A stretch of 64,000 nt of DNA from an uncultured Planctomycetota bacterium. Its GTDB lineage: Bacteria > Planctomycetota > Planctomycetia > Isosphaerales > Isosphaeraceae. This document shows positions 58,981 through 64,000 of this stretch, piece by piece. The notes beneath the pieces are model-generated. The model saw only the letters and a list, made by a program, of their open reading frames with translations. It made no database searches and was not told where the DNA came from. Within the stretch, counting starts at the first letter, position 1, and every line of letters begins with the position of its first letter. The translations under genes were made by a program, and so were the position numbers. The DNA lies in assembly GCA_963823665.1 (NCBI GenBank), contig CAWGMQ010000006.1:64001-128000 (forward strand), given 5' to 3'.

Positions 58981-59626
58981 TCAGGCAGTGATCGGCCCTT
59001 CCGGTACGTTCTCGCGAGCAGGGTTCTGGCGACTCTCGAACAGTTTCTGAAGGTTTAGCTGAGCGATGCCGCCCACCGCAGGATCAACCGCGGAGATCTG
59101 CATCAAGACCCGGTCTGCGCGCGGAGACGGCTGGACCATTACCGTGACCTCGCTTACTCGACCTTCGGCACCGATACGAAATCCTCCGTACGTCGGTGCG
59201 GTGGATCTCCTCACGATCCGATCGGACACCGCACGCCAAATCCCGTTCATCCGCTGCGTAAAGTCAGCAAGCCGGCGAGCGTCTTGATTTCCTGGATGAC
59301 TTCGATGGCTATCTCGAATGGCGGAGGCACAAGTTCGTAGCTCTCACCATTGACCACGTAAGACAACCGAACTCCTGGCTCGCTCGAATCGGTGTCTTGG
59401 GGCTCGAGTCGGAGTTCGGTCGCTCGATCTTTCAGGCTCAGCAGGAAGAGCAGGAGCAGCATTTTCCGGTGTGGGGATAGTGACGGATAGTGCCCGATTT
59501 CGCCGACATCGATCAGATTACACCCGCCGACTCGCGACGCCAGCACGCCGCTACCGGGCGCAAGAACTCGTCCAGCGAACGATCGTCAATGTTGTCGTCT
59601 TCGTTCGTAGCGAGGGAGTCGGTCAT
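58981..59626 (-). CDS. Stand-alone GspE/PilB N2-domain-like protein, split over three ORFs (frameshifted or pseudogene)
   Basis: SLKDRATELRLEP...VRLSYVVNGESYELVPPP...IKTLAGL...YGGFRI...VTVMVQPS..ADRVLMQI parallels the ASDIHxEP...RYRVDG...PPP...IKVMA...QDGRI pattern; no Walker A motif. Confidence 0.5.
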
Positions 59627-59656
59627 GGAATCACACTTGGTTCGCCGCGATTGTTC

Positions 59657-59787
59657 GTTTCCAGGGGCTGACGCCACCTGGCTACGTGCTGCCGCCCCCT
59701 TCGGGGGCTCAATCGATCGTCGGGTCAATGTTTCCAGGGGCTGACGCCACCTGGCTACGTGCTGGCGCCCCTTTGGGGGCTCAATCG
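59657..59787. repeat. Two tandem copies (73-bp period) of a ~58-bp palindromic REP-like element
   Basis: GTTTCCAGGGGCTGACGCCACCTGGCTACGTGCTG...GCCCC(C)TT(C/T)GGGGGCTCAATCG at 59657 and 59730. Confidence 0.9.
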
Positions 59788-60959
59788 GTTTCTCCCTGTT
59801 GCCGGAATGGTTTCCCGGCGCGGTATTGGGCCAAGCGCTCTCGGCAGGACTCTATGTCGGCCGGTTCAACGGTCAGAGTCAACGCTTTCCCTTGCCATTT
59901 CACGGCTGATTCAAAGTCGGCGGCCTCGGCGTAGGCCGCGGCCAGGACTTCCAGTTCGCCCGGATTGTGCCATTCGGTAAGCTCGCAGGCGCGGCGGGCT
60001 GACTCGACGGCGAGCTTGCCGTTGCGGTGCTGGGCGTCAGGACTGGTGGCCCTCAGCCACGCAGACCGGGAATGTGCCTCGACCAAATCCGGGTACATGC
60101 GGCCGAGATCGTCATAGACGGCGAGGCTGCGCCCTTGGTCGCGAAGGACTAGCCAGTCGGCTGCGTCCTTTTCCGTTTGCGGCCACGGCCGGTTCGGTTC
60201 ACCTGCGACGGTGTCGAGCGGGTGGGCCGCCGCCCGCTGGTGCTTGAGCTTTTGCTCCGTATTGGCGAGGAGCTTGGCTAGCAGGACGTCGACTTCTAGC
60301 TTCTTCAAGTCCTTGACCATGATGCCGCGCTCGGTAGCAGTCGTCGTACGACGGAGGACCCTGCGTGCGGATTCATCCTTTTGCTCTGTACCTCGGCGAT
60401 ATGGGCGCTCGTCTCGCATGGACCGCAATGTTGATAGGGTGCTTTCGACGCCTAACGAAAACTGAGAGGCCGCACGCCGGTGATCGCTGCGCAATCGCCA
60501 GGTCCGCCATGCGTGGACTTCCCAGCCTGCATAGACGCCGATGATCGCAACCAACACGAGGGCCGTGCGCATCCGGAACCGCAGCGCGCCGACTTTCGCG
60601 GACATGCGGCGCCACATCGGGGCGTCGGCCTCGCGCGGTGCGAACAGAAACAGGATGAGGAGGATCAGCGCGAGCAGGAGCACGCTGCAGAAGACCAGTT
60701 CGCCCGGGTCGAACAACACCAAGAAGCCGGAGGGAGTGCGCGGCCCGTCGTTCCAATCTACCCAATTGACGAGACGGACGAACGGGGTTTCCGAGCGGAG
60801 ACTGTCGAGCCCAAGCAAGTCGGAATAGATGCGCGGGGGGCGTTTCAGCCAGACCCAGAAGGCGAACAGATCCGCGGCGATCAGACTGGTGATCAGCAGC
60901 TTTAACGAGGCGAACTGGGTGCGGGTCAGTCGCGTCATTGGTGAAGTCATGGGTTGCAA
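59781..60959 (-). CDS. Membrane protein (3 TM) with C-terminal TPR-like domain
   Basis: Hydrophobic segments, then AWLRATSPDAQHRNGKLAVESARRACELTEW...LAAAYAEAADFESAVKWQGKAL. Confidence 0.8.
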   Translation of the reverse strand: MQPMTSPMTRLTRTQFASLKLLITSLIAADLFAFWVWLKRPPRIYSDLLGLDSLRSETPFVRLVNWVDWNDGPRTPSGFLVLFDPGELVFCSVLLLALILLILFLFAPREADAPMWRRMSAKVGALRFRMRTALVLVAIIGVYAGWEVHAWRTWRLRSDHRRAASQFSLGVESTLSTLRSMRDERPYRRGTEQKDESARRVLRRTTTATERGIMVKDLKKLEVDVLLAKLLANTEQKLKHQRAAAHPLDTVAGEPNRPWPQTEKDAADWLVLRDQGRSLAVYDDLGRMYPDLVEAHSRSAWLRATSPDAQHRNGKLAVESARRACELTEWHNPGELEVLAAAYAEAADFESAVKWQGKALTLTVEPADIESCRERLAQYRAGKPFRQQGETD

Positions 60960-61140
60960 TCAAAGGTTGTGGGTGGCCTGGCCGTATTTTGGCGATCCGA
61001 GTGGTGCGGGGGCAAGGGGTAGCGCAGGGTGTCGCCGTGATTCGAGGTGCCGAGGGGTACAAGCGGTTCCACGGGTTCAAGGGGTTCAAGGCGCCAAGGG
61101 CTGAAGCCCGTGGCTATTGACCGGGGCCATAGGCGATTCT

Positions 61141-62025
61141 CTAGCGATCCGCGTAGGCTGCCGGGGGCGGAAGGACTACAGTATCGGCAGCGGGCCTGGT
61201 CACTTGCTCGCTTCCTGCCATTGTCGAGTATGCCTCGAAAACTCGCTTGGAGATCGACTCGTTGATCAATCGGACGGAACCATCAGCGAACAGGACCATC
61301 GCGCCGTCACGGTGGTACCCGCCGAACTGACGGTTCCGGCCGACGTAGGGCGCCTGAGCGGGATCGAGCCCCCGCACCGTGGCCGTTCCGCCCGCAATCC
61401 AAGGGCCGTTCGTAGCGGCCGTCTCAGCGAGCATCATCGTGTTGGCCGTGCCATCTTTGATATCCTCGATTCGAGTTTGCCGGTCGTACCCGAATATACC
61501 GACTCTTGGATGTGCTTTCGGGAGATCAGGTGAGTCCAGTCCGAGGCCAGCGACTGCGACGTAATGGGTGAAACCGGGAGGGCTCGATTCTGGGCCGAGC
61601 GGACTCGCCGGGCACTGAAGCACGCTGAAGGTCCCCAGAGCAGTCGGTTGAAACACGCCTTCCTGCTCGCCGAAATCGCCGGTTGTGATTCTTGGGATAC
61701 GATTTGTGTCGGAATCCCAGGGCTCTGCGTTGTCGAAAAGGAAGTGGAGGTTCTGGCTTTCGTCGAAGAAGGGATAGATGAGCGTGACCGAACTCAACCG
61801 CTCTTGCGGCCGTAGCCGCTCAGCAGGAATGGAGGCAGGGGGGAACGTATTCGCGTGAGTCTGCCAATAACCGTTCAGCGCGTACCAGAGATTCTGCAGG
61901 CGGCGAGCACAGTCGTCGCGCAACTTTAGTTCTTTCGCCCGCCGCGCCAGATAAATCGATCCGCCGACAATCGCCGTGATGATCGCGAGTACCGCCGCCA
62001 GGCATAGTTGCTTGCGCCAGGTCAT
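61141..62025 (-). CDS. DUF1559 domain protein
   Basis: TM, CARRLQNLWYAL..Y...FPP, LQCPAS, DIKDGTANTMMLAE, FGGYHRDGAMVLFADGSV (H-X9-DG). ATG at 62025. Confidence 0.9.
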   Translation of the reverse strand: MTWRKQLCLAAVLAIITAIVGGSIYLARRAKELKLRDDCARRLQNLWYALNGYWQTHANTFPPASIPAERLRPQERLSSVTLIYPFFDESQNLHFLFDNAEPWDSDTNRIPRITTGDFGEQEGVFQPTALGTFSVLQCPASPLGPESSPPGFTHYVAVAGLGLDSPDLPKAHPRVGIFGYDRQTRIEDIKDGTANTMMLAETAATNGPWIAGGTATVRGLDPAQAPYVGRNRQFGGYHRDGAMVLFADGSVRLINESISKRVFEAYSTMAGSEQVTRPAADTVVLPPPAAYADR

Positions 62026-62113
62026 CACGTGTGCATCGCCAAGCGTAAGATACCGAGTTGACCTGATAGCCCCGATTCTTGGTTCAAGTTTTCCACACGC
62101 GGCTTCGCCGCCT

Positions 62114-62719
62114 CTACTGGCGTGACCTTTCACGATACAAGTGCCCGAACTTGCATCCATAATCCAGTTCGGTCGGGTCCGCAAGAGCCCATTCATGCTC
62201 GGGACCACAGACACGACGGTCAAAGTCTTGCAGGTCGTCTGGGGCGTCGAGGAGTAGTCGCCAAAACGCCCCGGCGATCCGGTGGCAATTCTCGGTATCG
62301 GACTCGTCGATGCTGAATTGAAGGTGGGATCGACCGGCGAAATCGCGACATCGGAATGGATACCCAGTCGCGTGTCCATCGGGGATGGCAACAAAGCCTT
62401 GATTCAGGACCATTACATCTTCCGCCGGGTCGGGCTCAATGGAGAAGACCCGCATGATCCTGGCGAAGGTCCAGGAGACATCGTAGCGACCTCGAATCGC
62501 GTTCCTGAGAACGATCGATGAACAAGACGGCGCATATTCGGCAAGGTAGAACCCGTAGTCCTCGAGACTCTCTGGCTCATCATTCATCTCGAGATCAACC
62601 GGACAGAAAGTGTAATCCTCCTTCTTGCAGGGATGACCGTAGACTCGAACGAGCTCGCCGTATCGGACTTCGAAGGCGACCATGTTGAAGGCCTCTGGCC
62701 GATGAACGATCGCTTTCAT
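62114..62719 (-). CDS. Hypothetical protein
   Basis: Protein-like acidic/aromatic ORF from ATG 62719 (MKAIVHRPEAF...). Confidence 0.6.
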   Translation of the reverse strand: MKAIVHRPEAFNMVAFEVRYGELVRVYGHPCKKEDYTFCPVDLEMNDEPESLEDYGFYLAEYAPSCSSIVLRNAIRGRYDVSWTFARIMRVFSIEPDPAEDVMVLNQGFVAIPDGHATGYPFRCRDFAGRSHLQFSIDESDTENCHRIAGAFWRLLLDAPDDLQDFDRRVCGPEHEWALADPTELDYGCKFGHLYRERSRQ

Positions 62720-62829
62720 TCTAACAACGAACCAGCTCTCTGGCGTGGATGGGATCCCAAGAGCCTCATTGTTGGCCGTCGTTGCTGTGGACGCCATCAA
62801 TTTCGGGGCCATCTGCGCTGGGCTTGGGT

Positions 62830-63624
62830 TCAGGCGGTCGTGAAGCGGGGCCTCGACTGCACCCGCGCACTGGTCGGCGGTGGCACCCAATCACCCGCGA
62901 CGATGATGCGGCCTTCGGGGCACTCGAGTCGGACGACATTCTCGACTTCGATGGCGACTCCTAGGTCCGCAAGACAACCGTAGATTGCCCGGTCGAGAGG
63001 TCTCTCCGGTGTCGCGGAGATGTAACCCGTCTCGAGGATGAGAGAGGCATCCTTGATGACGAACCGTTCGCGATTCTTCCCATTGATCTGATCGACCTCG
63101 GAGAACTCGACGGTCAGCGTCTGCCCGACCAACGGCGTAAGGCATTCCTCGAGGTGGATTCGTCTCGCGTAGGCATCGTCGGAAAGACTTGGGACGAGCG
63201 TCTTGACCTCGAGAGCGACCTCGTCGGCGATGATCCTGAGCTCTGATCTGGCGAGGAGCACACGAAGATCGAAGCCAGTCTTGGCGTGGAGGTGGGCTTC
63301 CTCGTAGAGCCAGATATCCCCGACGATGTCGTTGATCCCTTCGGCGATCTGCACGCCGCGGAAGGTCAAGGTCGTATACCAAGGGCTGCTATCCGCCTCG
63401 ATAACGACCTTCCCGTCTGGTGTCGTTTCCGCCCGCTGGATCGTCGCATCGTGGAGGCCAGTCTCAGCTAATCGCTGCATGGCTCGGGGGAGCCGAGACT
63501 TGATCGTGTCCGCTGCGGATCGGTAGGCCATCACCGCCGCGTTCCAGTTCGCGAGGGCAACCTCGGGCGGGACGCCTGAGTCGGGCTGGAGTTGCACGTA
63601 GAGTGAGCGGGTGAAATACTTCAA
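62830..63624 (-). CDS. DUF4085-like hypothetical protein
   Basis: MKYFTR start (TTG), LHDATI, DIWLYEE motifs. Confidence 0.6.
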   Translation of the reverse strand: MKYFTRSLYVQLQPDSGVPPEVALANWNAAVMAYRSAADTIKSRLPRAMQRLAETGLHDATIQRAETTPDGKVVIEADSSPWYTTLTFRGVQIAEGINDIVGDIWLYEEAHLHAKTGFDLRVLLARSELRIIADEVALEVKTLVPSLSDDAYARRIHLEECLTPLVGQTLTVEFSEVDQINGKNRERFVIKDASLILETGYISATPERPLDRAIYGCLADLGVAIEVENVVRLECPEGRIIVAGDWVPPPTSARVQSRPRFTTA

Positions 63625-63675
63625 GGCCGGCCTCGTCTTTGACGTGCGTGGGATCGATAAACCATCGCTTAAACT

Positions 63676-63999
63676 TCAGGCAATGCGCTGGACTCCCAGG
63701 TTCCAGAAGCGATCCAGGGTCGTCGGGGCAAGATCGTCTCGGCTCAACCAGACCCACAAGAGCGCCTGGCGCAACGACTCGTCGCCTTGCACTCGTTTTT
63801 CAATTGCGGCGATCATTTCCTCGCCATGCTGCGCGATGAGGTCTTCGAGAGGGCCAGCAGCCACGATGTGGAGTGCGCCATCCGATGGGGCGCGATGGAC
63901 GAGCTCCAGGATGATTGCCCAGGCAAGTGCTGGGTCTTCGTCGATGACATTGGACAGGGACTCGTCAGCCCAAGAACGATTGTCTTCCCCTGACTCGGC
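63676..63999 (-). CDS. DUF6869-like protein (5' end outside the window)
   Basis: Frame is open to the window edge: ...DPALAWAIILELVHRAPSDGALHIVAAGPLEDLIAQHG...LRQALLWVW. Confidence 0.65.
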   Translation of the reverse strand, partial: AESGEDNRSWADESLSNVIDEDPALAWAIILELVHRAPSDGALHIVAAGPLEDLIAQHGEEMIAAIEKRVQGDESLRQALLWVWLSRDDLAPTTLDRFWNLGVQRIA

Positions 64000-64000
64000 G

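Noticed and set aside
59657..59787. CRISPR array
   Set aside because: Only two ~58-bp units with a ~14-bp gap, related to a dispersed palindrome elsewhere in the window; no cas genes.

Overview
GC-rich bacterial window, most likely from a planctomycete (Isosphaeraceae-like). This is inferred from DUF1501, DUF1559 and DUF4058-type genes, a 'LEDRRLLS' planctomycete export motif and a membrane-anchored ECF sigma factor. All family calls are motif recognition by eye, not database hits. Left part (1-20.2 kb): hydrolases and peptidases, hemE and hemY/hemG, a complete IS1182-family element inserted into a short dispersed repeat, an esterase-GH18 chitinase fusion, an ECF sigma factor, and a 1.3 kb repeat-rich non-coding stretch containing a candidate long-hairpin RNA. 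Central 37 kb (20.7-58.1 kb): a tandem array of eight co-oriented paralogous genes of about 1,400 aa. Each has an N-terminal TM helix, a conserved Ig/PEGA-like module, many DxDGDG (FG-GAP/VCBS-like) propeller repeats and about five C-terminal TM helices. One antisense DUF1501 gene interrupts the array. The copies look mosaic, end in C-depleted G-run-rich DNA, and are separated by REP-like hairpins and hexamer microsatellites. Right end (58-64 kb): small minus-strand accessory genes. Frameshifts also occur in ordinary genes (hemY, M1 peptidase, ECF), so most are probably assembly indels rather than biology.
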